DNA of 64,000 nucleotides from Monocercomonoides exilis PA203 (Eukaryota > Protista > Preaxostyla): positions 1 to 64,000 of the forward strand of contig LSRY02000073.1 in assembly GCA_001643675.2 (NCBI GenBank), given 5' to 3'. Positions 22,452 to 34,916 of this stretch are shown one piece after another; the stretch's first letter is position 1, and every line of letters begins with the position of its first letter. The position numbers and the translations under genes were made by a program. The notes under the pieces were generated by a model. It had not been told where the DNA came from. It did no database searches and worked only from the letters and a program-made list of their open reading frames with translations.

Positions 22452-24098
22452 AGATGAAGAATAAGTAGAAAATGCAGAGTTTGAATGGATAGGAATGACT
22501 GAAGAAGAAGAAGAAGAGGGAGAAGAAGATGAAGAAGAAGAAGAAGAGGGAGATGAATTCTCTTTTGGTATGACAGTGAGAAGAGAAGACATGTCACGCA
22601 CATTCTGCTGTGGATGTGTTGTCAGCAAAGAAGAGGCAGGCAATGGAGCTGAAGATGGTAAAGAGGAAGAAGAGGAGGAAGAAGAAGAAGGAATTGAAGA
22701 TGTAGAAGCAGTTGAGACAGAAGGAGAAGGCGAAGGAGATAAAATAGAAGGATAGCCCAGTCCATCGTTTTGAGCAGTGGCTGCGATGAGCTCGTTGACA
22801 TGGCGCATCTTCTTCGAGGCTGTCCGTTTTGATGACTTCAAAACAGAGAGGAAGCGGTCGAAGCAGAGCGACTCCACAAACAGCTTCAGCGGCGACTGCG
22901 GGTTGAGCACGGTGAAGGCGGGGGGATCGGGGTAAGGCTTAGTGGCACCGACGGAGGTGATGACGGTGAAGATCTGCAGTTGGAGGATGAGGAGCAGCTG
23001 ATAGTAGAGAATGGAGCTGGCTTTGAGCTCGCAGGAGTACTCTACCTCGGCAAAGGAGACTGAGCGGGAGGCGGTGGAGGAGGAGGTGTCAGAGGCAGCA
23101 GAGGAAGAGGATGCTCTCGATGCTCTTGACCCTCGTGATGCTCGCGAGGAGGCTGAAGAGGCAGTGGAGGATGTGGCAAAGGAGGCGACAGAGGACGTCG
23201 TGGATGTGAGTGACTGGATATTGTTCTCATTGCTGTTGGAAGGCTCGATTAAGTCCTTGTTTAGCGCTGTGTTCTTCGGAAACACGTGCATCACAGCATC
23301 CTCAAAGGGCAGCGCCATCAGCTCCTGCAGCAGCCCCCTGTTGATCAGCGGGCCAGCTGTCTCTGGCGCTTTCTTCAGATGGTCGAGAATGACTCCCAAA
23401 CAGTAAATAGCTTCGCCTGGCTGCAATCTCTCGCGGTGGAGGCGGTTGAGTGCAGCCAGACTGCCATTGCAGCCGTCGCGCGTGAGCATGTTGTCTGCTT
23501 GCTGCATCGTCATCTGCGGCTCCAGCCACGGAGGACGGAACCGCTTCGGCTGGGGCAGCGGCTGCATCTGCTGCTGAATGGGCTGCTGCTGCTGCTGCTG
23601 AGCCAACTGTGGTGTGAAAGATGCTATTTCCTGGAGTGTTCTGCCTATTACACGCAGAGTGGGAGCAGGAAGAGAACTGGCTGGTGGGATCCCTCCACGA
23701 GAGAGAGAGGCAGGGGTGGTGATTGTGGGTGTTGTTGCATTGGATACTATTGCTGTTGCTGTTGCGGCTGTTGTGGCTGTTGTGGCTGTTGTGGCTGTTG
23801 TGGCTGTTGTGGAAGGAGGGCGGCTCAGCTCAGGAGAGTAAGGGAACATGGCGTTGGAGGAAGAGGGGGTCCATTGGAGAGAAGGGGCAGAGTCGAAGAT
23901 GGGGACGGCTGCTGGGTTGGAAGAAAGAGGGATGCGAGTGGCATCGACGTTTGGCTCAGAAAGAGAGGGAGAAAACGATTGCGCACAGGACATGGAGTTT
24001 GGGGTGGACATGAGGTCAGGAGTGGACAAGGCAGACGGCTCGAAGGGCATGAAGAAGGAGCTGGAGGCAGAGAGAGGAGGAGATTTGATCTGCAAAGT

Positions 24099-24131
<33 letters not shown>

Positions 24132-25852
24132 AGAGGAAGAAGAGACTGAAGAGGTGGAAGGAGGAGGAGGAGAGAAACAGGAGGAGGAGGAAGGAGAGAA
24201 GGAAGATGACGCTAATGTTGCTGATGGTGCTATCAATGAAGAAGAAGAAGAAGAAGTTGATGATGATGAAGAGGACGAGGAAGAGGAGGAAGATGAAGAA
24301 GATGGCATTGAAGGTGAAGGAGGCGAGGAAGGAATACAATTGACAGAAAACTTGGGAGGAGAAGACACACTCAACGAGGCAGAAATATCAGACGGGTCTG
24401 TTGAAAGAGATGAAGATGATAGAAAAGATGAAGTTGGAGTAGAAGAAGAGGAAGATGAGGAGGAAGAAGAGGTAGAAGAAGAAGAAGAAACATCTGATGA
24501 ATTTGAAAAAGTCTTAATGTTTGACAAAGGCGGTGACTGTGGTGTTGTCTGTATTTGATTAGGCAGCTGGCTGTTTGTGCTGTCAGAAGCATCCAAAACT
24601 GCCTGTTCAATCAGTTCTTTCTTGGAAAACGCGGATTCGCTGTCGAATTTTGGGGAGAAGCCGTTTGGCAGGCTGGGTGTGTCTGGAGTGTCTGTGATGC
24701 TTCCTGTGTTGCTGCTCTTCTGCGCCTTCTTGTCTCTCTTCGGCTCCAGCTGCGATATCTCCACCAGATCTGAGTCGCAGTTGAGCAGCTTGTCGCTCTT
24801 TGAATTTGGCCCGTCTTTTGACTGGAGTTCTGACTGGTTGCTGTTGAAGAGTGGGTTGGCGGGTGTGCTGTTGATAGCGTCTGATCCAGTGACTGAAGAG
24901 GAGGTTGTGGCTGAGGGTGTGTCTGTGAATGGAGAGAAGGTGTTGGACAGCGTGTTGCTGAGTGTCTTTTCTTTGGGGAAATGAGAGTACATCAGATCTG
25001 ACAGGGGCCCTGTGTCTAATGTGAAGGATGGCATCGAATGCAGCGACTGGAAGGGGACTTCGACTGATGTCGAAGATGAATGAGCTGCTTCATTGGAAGT
25101 AGTGAAAGAAGGAGATGACAATGTCTGAAAGGGAGAGAACGAAGACGCTTGGTGCTCCATTTGCTGAGAGGAAGAGGGCAACTGCTCCGAAATTGGAATA
25201 ATTGTGGCTTTTGAGTTTGGTTCTGATGTTATTTGACGATTCGGTAAAATGAGTAATGTAGATTCTAGATCATTTTTCGTTGCATTAAATCCAACTTCTC
25301 CTGGAAGCGGACTACTTAATGAATAAATTCCACTTTTTATTGAATATAAAAGAAGATGAAGCACTTGTATTTGAGTTTGTAATAAAACGTTATTGTAAAC
25401 TAAATTTCCAATGGCTTTCGTCATTATACTTATTTTGTTCTTGTTTTCTTCACTGCAAAATGAAGGAGGGAAAAATTCCTCTGTTGAGCTTTGCTTATCA
25501 AAACAATTTTGATAAAGATTAATGAAAATTTGGAAAACGAGCTCTAGTTTAAGACTCGAAGGTAATTTAGAAGAAGATTCAAGGCAATTGCTATAAAAAT
25601 GCTGTAACAACATGAGAGTGCATGAGAATACTTGTTGTTGGACTTGAATATCTGGATTCTAAATTGAAAATAAGTTTTTGAGATAATTTGATATTTTCGG
25701 GGAAATAAAAATAAATAGCAAGGTTTGATTTTAAAAAAAGAACATACAGATGAAATAGAATGGAGTGAATTCAGGCATATAGCTTCAATAAAATTTTGTT
25801 TGTCATTTATTGAATAATAACAAAATCTTAGGAAAGATGTTAATGTTTCGAA
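19394..25852 (-). CDS. Large Ser-rich protein with a C-terminal SPRY/B30.2-like domain on small exons; true start upstream and uncertain
   Basis: Main exon ~21002-25658 splices in frame via GT-AG introns to exons 20618-20745, 20385-20433, 20186-20267, 19717-19885 and 19394-19543, giving GIWYCEMKF, MIGICES and VGMQIDMQTRTVTFFL (SPRY-like strands); stop TGA 19394-19396. Confidence 0.8.
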
Positions 25853-26516
25853 CTAGAAAATTAATAATTGGTATATTGTTAAGACTTATGAATTAAAATT
25901 AGCAAACGCAATTATTATTCCAATTTTTCTCTTTTATGTCCGTAATAAGGCTATTTACAAGACATACTACGTCATCTTTATAAAAAATACATTAATAGCA
26001 AAGACAAAAAAGAGATTAAAAATGAAACATTGTGAAAGTGAAAGAAATTGAAAAAAATTTAATTCAAATCCACACTCATATATGTATATTCCAACGAACG
26101 ATGGCGTGACCACGATTATCTGTGAGAAGAAAAAGATCGAAGCCATAACATTAAAAGAAAGGTCTTGCACAAAGATAATAAATATTGAATTATTTTTGTA
26201 TCAACAATATTTTTATTTATTTGAATGTTAATTGAGATTTGAGTTCTCTGTTTTAAAGAGCTTCACTTCTTCGATATTTTCGATTTTTTGAAGAGTTTTG
26301 TTTGTTGAAAGAGATGATAAAAAAAAACAGAAAATGATTTATCAGACATACAGCAACAGGCTTTTTATGATTCTAATCATTTTTCAAATTTTTTTCGGCC
26401 ATTATTAATTTTAGGAAATATTAAAGTTAAAATTATTAATATGTCCTGCAGTAAATGTGTAGTCGAGCAGGAACTTTCTTTTTTAACTTATCATATATTT
26501 TGGTTTAATAGTTAAA

Positions 26517-28164
26517 ATGTCGGACAGCAGATGCAGTTATCAAAATTCAAATCATTCTCCTCGAATGAATCCTCTTTCAATGATTTCTCCTCCTGTCGAT
26601 GCTTTTCGAAATTCTCCTACATACCCCCAACAAAACAGAGCATCTTTTATATCTCCAGCACCTCAAAAGCACGAGCTTTTGGACCCTTCACAACAAGTTT
26701 CTGGAGCACTTATATCTCCTCATAACTTTCGCATTGCAGAGCCATCTTCAACTCCAAAACCTATAAAATCATCAGAACATAGTTTATGTATGTCATTAAA
26801 TGTACCAGATGATCTTTGCGCTTTTGAGAACGAAGGCAATCTAAATGAAGGTGAATCATATTCACGCATCATCCGTCCATTACTTTATTCAACAACAACA
26901 AAAGGCGAGCCTGTTCTTTCTCTTCCAATTTCTCCTCATCAAACAAATTCTTTTGTTCAAACTCATTTGTTTACTTCTTTACTTTCTCAGCAAGGATATC
27001 AGCCTCTTCCATTGACTGTTCAAAGCATCGTTGAAGAAATAAGGCGAGTTAAAAGCTTTTCAGAAGATGATGTTCACTTTTTAACTTCATTACCATCATT
27101 TGTTTCTGATTCTTCTTTCATTGGGATTAGAGTGTGCCATGATCAAATTCAACTTTGGAAAGCTGCTATTTCAGGTCCTGTTGATACACCCTATAAAAAT
27201 GGGGTCTTTGAATTTGATATGTATGTTTCATTTATTGGTTTTTGTATTTTTTTAATTTTTGTTTTTTGTGTTGACCTTTTGAATGAAAACAGGTTTATTC
27301 CTTCGGAATATCCAAAATTTCCTCCATCAGTTGCATGTGTATCCACTCACAATGGAAAAATAAGTATTTCTCGCTTTATCTCATGTTCTGGAAGCATTTC
27401 TTTGCCACATTTATGCAACAGCCTAGAAAATACTGATAAAAGTGATTGCAATTTTCCAGCGCTATCGCCTTCACATTCGATCGCATCTGAATCCGCTTCG
27501 TCTTCGTCTTTGTCTGTTTCATCTCTTTCGCCTGTTTCATCTGAGACAGAGCATTCAGCACAACCATCGTCATTTACATTTGTGCCTGCTCAGTCTGCAA
27601 CATCTTCCGATAGTAAACGTTCTCAGCAAAATCCGTTGCCAAAATCAAGTAAAGAGCAGATAACCTCTTCTGCTGTCTGGAATTCTCATTGCCCTTCGAT
27701 CATCCAGTTATTGGCAACGATAAGAAATGCAGTGTTTGCAAAGGAGCCAATTTTGTCTTCGTCTTCTGCGAGCGCAATGTCTGATGATGATGATGATGGC
27801 ATAAGAGGAGATGCGGATGGTGTTTCCCAAGTGAGTGTGGAGGTTTGTTTCGATTGCTCTGTTGATATCATATTTCCTTTTGTTCATTTATTATTATTAT
27901 TATTTTGATTATTTATTCTTTTATTTTTGTGTAAATTGTGTACTAACCTTGCGTTGGAAATGCTTTTAGAAAATTGTCCAATGTGGAATTATTGATTCGA
28001 TCCAAAGAGCATTGAACAAAGAAACTCCATTTTCTCAGCTGATAAAAACTCATTTTCGCCTAAAGAAAAATGAAATAAGAGAGCAATTACAGTCATATCT
28101 TGACAAAGGTCAAGTATCATTGTTAATGTTCACTGAAGCTTCGAATTTGCTGAATAAATTGTGA
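26517..28164 (+). CDS. Ubiquitin-conjugating E2-fold protein (BIRC6/UBE2Z/UBE2O-like), catalytic Cys apparently replaced
   Basis: LWKAAISGPVDTPYKNGVFEFDM-FIPSEYPKFPPSV after removing intron 27221-27292. Second intron 27843-27969 has a TACTAAC branch point at 27941. Last exon KIVQCG...FSQLIKTHFRLKKNEIREQL...TGA resembles the family C-terminus. Confidence 0.85.
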
Positions 28165-28629
28165 AAGAGTTGTTTTTGCTGTTGATATTCACTTTGTTTT
28201 GAGCGTTTATGATTTTGACCTTTAAAAATTCATAAGAAATTTTCTCCAATTCGTTATTTAATAAAAAATTTTTATACAGTTATTTAGCTTTGGAATTTCG
28301 ATTGAATCATGGCATTTCTAAAAAGAAAGCAGTGAAAAAAATCGCAAGACAGCATAATTTGGGAATGGCCATTTTTCCGTGAAATTAAAATATGAGTAAT
28401 GTTAACAATGGATATCATGTTTTCATGCATCAGAGATGTGCGGAAGTTAGCAAAAAAGTCAAAAACAAAAAATAAAAAATTGAAGAAGTAATGGGAGAAA
28501 GAATTTTATAAAAAAATTAAAAAATTCATTAATCAACTTCCATGTGGTCAAATTCTGATGCACTTGCACAGTCCCCAGCTCCAAGGGAATCTGATTCTTC
28601 AAATTCTGTAATTTGAATAGTGTATTTTT

Positions 28630-29560
28630 CAACTTAAATGTCAGATTCAAGCTCTGATTCTGTTGAGTCACTTTCTTCACTTTCAGATTTTCCCAATTCG
28701 TTTTCTTTTTCTGTTAAATCGAAGACGATTTCCTTTATTAGATCCTCAAATTGTATTTGCAAGTTTCTTCTAACCAGTCACATAGATAAATAGTCACCAA
28801 GAAACTTTTCTCTGCATCCTGTTCTAGAAAAAAATTTCTGTAAATTCATCCACAGACCTTCGACAGTGTTTGTGCAGGCATGTGAAATTTTGTTTTTGAA
28901 TTCTCGCTTGTGACAGACAGCATCATGAGCATTACCATAATCTTTCAATCTGGCATAAGCCTTCCATACATCGCTCATGATCCAAGTTCCAAAAAGAATT
29001 TTGGCTCGTATTATTGGACCCAATATCTCAGCCTTCCTATTTGGCACGATCATCACGAAGTTCTTCCCCGCACCTCCCTCTGGTTTTTTTTCCACAGCTC
29101 CAAATATCCAAATTTGCCTTTTCTTTTTCCCTCGCCCACACCTGCTGCACCTCCAAATAGCTCTGAAATTTTCCACAATTTTTCCCAGCTCTCCAACCAA
29201 AGCTTGATTTTTGTTCCATATTGAGGTGCATCTGACTGAAATAACATTCTTCCAAGAATGAATTGTGTTTTCACTTTTTCCAAGCAGTTCACCAATGTGT
29301 GTGGCTGATGTTTAAAAGAAATAATTTCAAACAATCATCAAAAACTTATTCAGAGTAATTTTAGAATCTTCCAAAAATGTGTTTTTCAATACTGACTGTT
29401 TTTTGCTACATTTTCAGCACCTCCAATATTTGTTATATTTGCCTCCAGATGTGAATATCTTTTTGCATTTATCATGTCCTCATTCTGGAGCTTCTCCTTC
29501 CAGCACATTTTCGAAATACCATTTCCATGCACCCATTTCATCAGATGAAATATCGTTGAG
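28630..29560 (-). mobile_element. Decayed Merlin (IS1595/ISXO2-type) DDE transposase
   Basis: GRGKKKRQIWIFGAVEK, VPNRKAE.LGPIIR..I..GTWIMSD.WKAY, H..VCHK.EF, TNTVEGLW; frameshifts and an internal TGA at 28778; weak possible TIR remnants at 28440-28456 and 29674-29690. Confidence 0.88.
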
Positions 29561-30312
29561 TTCATAAATAGGTGTTTTGTGAGTATTCTATGTGATAAAG
29601 AAATTTTTTTAATGTCAACAAACACATAAATAATTGATAAAAAACTTTTTTTCAAAAAATAAAAAATATATATCTTTGACAACTTTCCGCTTGTATTTTG
29701 GAGATTCTAATAACAATAAAATACATATTAAATCATTAAAAACAGAAATAAACTTTTTTCAGTCGTTCCCATATCTTCAGGTCTTGCTTTACATTGCATT
29801 CACCAACAAATTGTTTCAATGATATAGATTTATTTCCTTCAACTTTTAAATTGATCTTCGACGAGTCAAAATGAAAAGTTTAACGTTTGTATGAATTCAT
29901 TGCTTTTGTATTGGGCTTGACGAAAAAGCGGGTTTGGAAGAATGAATTTTTGTAAAATATCATGAATTGAAGAAAAATGGAGATGAAAAGAATAATATTG
30001 AGCAGAGATTGAGAGATCAGTCAAGGAAAGAGAATTAGGATAGAAAATGATTGATGAATAAAGAAATATTTGATTATGTGACAGTGAAGCAGCTGAAGAG
30101 GAAATGCAACTGGAGCAGAACTTTTGGATGATTATGTCAGAAAAGAATGTGAATGAGGCTTCTTCTTCTTCTCCAACAATTGGAAAATGCAAATGAAAAC
30201 AGAATGATGAAAGAAAAAGGAAGAAAGAAATGGAATTTGATTATCTTCTTGAAGAATTGTATTTTGAGACGTAATGAATGAAACGGGTATCCTTATTCAC
30301 GAAGAAGAGATA

Positions 30313-32324
30313 GGTTAGTGTTTTTATTGGCACCATTTTTTTATTGGCACCAAATTTTTGAAGTGTTAAAATTCAAAAAATACAGACTCAATTAGCAAAA
30401 ATAAACAAAACTTGGGTCAAATAGTCTTCAATTTTTTCTTTTTCCTGAACTTTGATCTGCAGAATTTTCTTCATCGATATTTTCCATATCATCATGCAAA
30501 ATTCTTCGATGAACTCTTTACTTCTTTGACTTTAATGGAAGAGTATCTTCAATGTTTTCTGTTTCTTCTTCGGCTTCGGAACATTTCGCACTTGTTCGAA
30601 TAAATATATCTTCTTCCCACTTTTCTAAGAAATCCTCATTTGTGAGCAGTTTTCCGTAAAAATCAAAACGATTAGAATAAGTGGGCAAAGGAAATGAAGA
30701 GAATTTGTGTAATTCACGGAAACTGGTCCTGATGATCTAAACAAAACACCACTTGCATCAAATGCATTCTTAATTACTGACGGTGCGAATGCAGAGTGAA
30801 GAGCTTGAGGAAGGATGTCTGCCAAAGCCTTTCTGTTGGAAGAAGCTGTTGAAGATTGAGGGATTTCTATTGATGAATTTAAAACAGATTTAAGAACAGC
30901 AAAAACACCTCTATCGAGAGGTTGTGAAATATGTGTTGTGTGAGGAACAAATATGATGACATACACATTCGATTCCATAAATTTTCTCCAAATAATAAGG
31001 TTTGCACGAGAGCTGTGCGAATCAACGAAAAGCAAACATCTCTCTTCAGTCAATTTCATCCTTTTCTTTCTTTCTAATATTTCTGGAAGAAGAACACGCA
31101 AAGAGTATCGTTCGAATAAAGAAAAGTTCATCCAACCGTTCGTATTGCACCACACATCAAGCGAAGGAGATAGTAAAGGAGTCAACTCTTCCGGAACATT
31201 TGAACTTGGCCAAAGCACAATTGTTGGCAAAGAAAAACCATCTGAGGCAACAGCAGCCACAAGCGTCGCATTTCGAACTCTCGAAGGTGCTAAACAATAG
31301 GCCGAAGGAGATTCCGAGGATGTCGCAACAAGTTTTTGGCAATTATCTGATAATCTCAGTGATGTTTAATCCACATTAAAGATTAGCTCCCTTCGGTATT
31401 TGAACTTTGAATGCAAATCATCAAGCATTTCGTACCAAGGTTTCAAAACGTCTTGACAAGATGCTGCAAGACGTTTTGAATACAATATTTTAGGCTTTTG
31501 TAATATCAATTCTGGTTGATTTCGCAAGAAGGAATAAGCCGCGGATTTTGAAATTTCTTTTTTTGGTGAAGCATCAACTGAAATCTCTGAATCTTCATCT
31601 TCTATCGCATTTTCAATCTAAATAGAAACAAATAAATAGAAAAAAAATATTTTGCAAACCAATTCTTTTGTTTTCTTCACTGTCAGGTTTGTTCCACACT
31701 TTGCTTCAATTTTAATTACGTCTGTAACAATTTCCTTTTTTTCCTTTCGCAGCAATGACGGTCTTCCTTCTTTGGCAACATCCCTGTCACTTTTAACATC
31801 CTTCACTGCATGGATGAGTGTTTTTTTGAAAATTCACCGAAGTTGGTAGCATCCACAAGCCTGGCTTTTCCGTCAATTAGAATTCGAGCCATTCTCTCGA
31901 GTCTATTTTCATAAATGCGATAGTCAATCTACGCCATTTCTGTTTGCATTTTTCTTTTTCCTTCTTAAGTTTTTTTTTGATCATAAAAAAACTAATCAAT
32001 TTTTTGGGTAATGATCAAAAAAAAAGTCCATTTTAAGCAGCCAAAAGACATTTCAAGTTTTGATATAGGTAGTATTTGCTTTAATAAATTTTTGTTTATT
32101 CAATTTGTTTTTAAAAAGAATTTGTCGTGTTTTTTTCATACGATGATTTCACTAACATATTTAACTGTTTCCCCGAAATCAAATAAGCACATCTGTTCAT
32201 CCGCTGATGACAAAAACAATTGTTTGAGCAAATAATCTTTGTTTCTTATAGAAAATTATTTCTTTCACAAAGAAATAGAAAAAAGGTGCCAATAAAAAAA
32301 AAGGTGCCAATAAAAACACTAACC
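30313..32324 (-). mobile_element. Full-length pogo-type (Tc1/mariner superfamily, DD35D) DNA transposon with TIRs and TA TSD; transposase decayed
   Basis: TIR ggttagtgtttttattggcacc... at 30313-30351 and 32285-32324, flanked by TA at 30311-12 and 32325-26. DDE_1 motifs IFNVD*TS, NGWM, LLFVDSHSS and PHTTHISQPLD (35 residues between D2 and D3). N-terminal HTH-like region with EGRPSLL; 42-nt intron 31618-31659. Confidence 0.93.
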
Positions 32325-32902
32325 TAAAAGAAATGAAGAGAAAAGTGAAGGACTTCAATGGGAAGAAAAGAACAAAGAGATATGAAAGACTGGAAAAAAT
32401 GAGAAGAATGTGAAGAGCAATTAATCATGAATTATTTTATCAGTCATTCTAATAAAGAATTGGAGAATAAGATTAGGTTCTTTTCCACTATGCTTGCTTT
32501 TGCAAGTGGAACTCATGAAGTTGATATCTGAAATCTTCCACAAACATTTCTCTATTGATTCTCTTGAATTCTTCCTCGGGAATTGTCATTTCATATTCGC
32601 CTTCTCCTTCATGAATTTGTTTAAAAATTCAGAAAGATAGAGAAAAAGCAAACTTAGCAAGATGCTTCAAGAGGAAGAAACTGAACAGTGGAATGCAAAT
32701 AAAAATGATTCTTCTTGAAAAAGATGGAAGACTGATATTCATTCAATGACTATTATTGATGGAAATTAAAAAAAGGATTTTTTTGATTATTTATTTTTTG
32801 AAAAAAAAAAATCCTTCAATTAATTTTTTTGTTATTTTTAGAAATGATAAAAATTGAAAAAGATAGTTTTTCGAGTGAAAAAATTAAATGAATTGAATTT
32901 GG

Positions 32903-34373
32903 CTAAACGTTTACAAAATAATCAGAAATATCCAACGATAATCCATCATAATATTTTCTGTTAAGAAAATCAATTTGTTCATGATAACTTGTGATTGTAT
33001 CTTCGTATCCTTCTTCCATCTTTTCAAACACTTTTCTTTTCAACGCTTTTCTTTTCGCTTCTTCCGCTTCATCTTCCTCCTCTTCTTCCCATTCATCACA
33101 CCTCATTCCTTTTAATCGACTTGAAACTTTCATAAATAATCTCAAACTTTGGAATATCATTGTGTCATTCAATATTGTCCACTGAATCTCCTCCAAAACA
33201 GCATCAATTGCCCCGCTTTTCAGCAAACCATCAATTATCACTGCTCTTTTTTCTGTTGCTTCAATTAATAAATCAATACATTTCTCGAAAATTTCTTTGT
33301 GATTCTCCTTTGCTGCCCGAAAAACTCTCACAACGCTACCGAAAAGACCAACATATTCTTCATTCCTCAACAGACAACATGAAAAATAAATCTCAAGTGT
33401 TCCAATCCATCTCCTAATTACTAGCACTTCATTCGCTTCTTCTTTGCTCATTTCCTCTTCTATCTTTTTCCAATTCACCCACTTTGTCAGCTCTTCCAGT
33501 TCTCTTATTGCTTCTCTCGCAAAATGCAGCTCATACAAAATAACAGCTTCCAAACTTTTGTCACAGTAAAATCGAATCGTTAAAAATTTCCAAGCTGATT
33601 GATAAGTAAGTCGCGTGAGGTTGTGATGTTCTTGATGATATTTGATAATTTCTTTGATCTCATTCAAATACAGTTCTTTATTTATTTCCTTTAAAAAAGA
33701 GAAAGAACAATTCAGTAACATCAAAAACGAAAAAGATATTCTCATACGTGATATCCAATTTTGCTCAAAGCAAATAAAGCCATTTCCACCTCTTTTTTGA
33801 TTTCCTCGTTTTCCTCTTTCTTCAAGGCAGCTTTCATAAGGTAAAGCACAATGATTGAAACCAATTCATCTGATGTATTATCATTATACAGCATAAAATT
33901 GCATTCACAGAGATCAATCAGGAGCTTTTCATTTTTTCCTTCTTTCTTGTTATTTTCATTAATAATCATTTTTTGTAATCTTATACTTAACATAGAGTTA
34001 TCAAAATAGAAATTCCACATTCCATTCAACATATTAAAATATCCAACATGCTTCAGCAGCACAAGTGCGTTATCTATCGACAATTTCTTTTCTTCAATCA
34101 TTTGGCGTATTTTACTGAACAGTTCTTCTGTAAAAACAGATGTGAATTCTTTTTTATTCATTTTCTCGACAGTTTCATTCATTTCTTCTATTTTCTGTTT
34201 CTGCTCGCTTTCTGTGCTATGTTCCAACTGGCCAAGCAATTCTTCCCCGATCGTCAAAAATCATAAAACATGAAATCTTTGAAAATACACAATTAAAGCA
34301 AACTCGAATATTTCTCTGCAAGGGACGGCTCTTGAGCGTCATCACTGAATTTGCAGGCATCACACATTTCCAT
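32903..34373 (-). CDS. Hypothetical helical protein resembling an expanded oxymonad-specific family (3 predicted exons)
   Basis: ORFs 33742-34257 and 32903-33745 join through intron 33689-33747 (GTATGA...AAG); probable first exon from ATG 34373; motifs EQKQKIEEMNE, EKLLIDLCEC, EVEMALFAL, YHQEHHNLTRL.YQSAW. Confidence 0.72.
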
Positions 34374-34916
34374 TCTGTCTATTATTAGCAAAGATCAATT
34401 TGCAGCAAAATTTCAAAGAAAAACAGAAAAACAAACAGAAAAACAAGCATTGTTGATAATTGACAAATTTAAAATATAATTGTCAAACTCAATTCCTTTG
34501 CTTAATAAAAATTTGTGTAAAAAAAGAAATCTCAAAGAAGATGCAATATTGGTCGTATTTAGCCAAATCCGAAAGAGTTTAATTTCTTTCTGATCGAACC
34601 AACAATAATTCATTTCATTGAAATGGATGGCATTTCGATGAATAGTTGATCGCGTTGGAAAATATCCCACATGTATCGTATTGCTTGTGAAAAAAATTTT
34701 CATTTCAACATTTTGAGTGGAATGAAAAAAGGCAATAAAGGTTTTTTAAGAAAAAAACAAAAAAGTGACAAAAAAGCAGCAATTTGCACATAAATCGTGC
34801 TTGCTCTTTAATATCACTAAAAATTAAAATTCATACGTTAGTATTTCAATTTTGGATCTCACATTTAGAGTTATCTGGAAGCTTTACTAAATTGAAATGA
34901 TTATTTCCGATATTTC

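Noticed and set aside
21179-24558. Poly-Glu/Lys/Arg ORFs on the + strand (also 43800-47150)
   Set aside because: Antisense shadows of poly-Ser (TCT/TCC/TCA) tracts in the real minus-strand genes.
27941-27948. tactaacc as a partner end for the pogo TIR (ggttagt)
   Set aside because: The match is only ~7 bp, it fits as the branch point of intron 27843-27969, and the real partner TIR is at 32285-32324.
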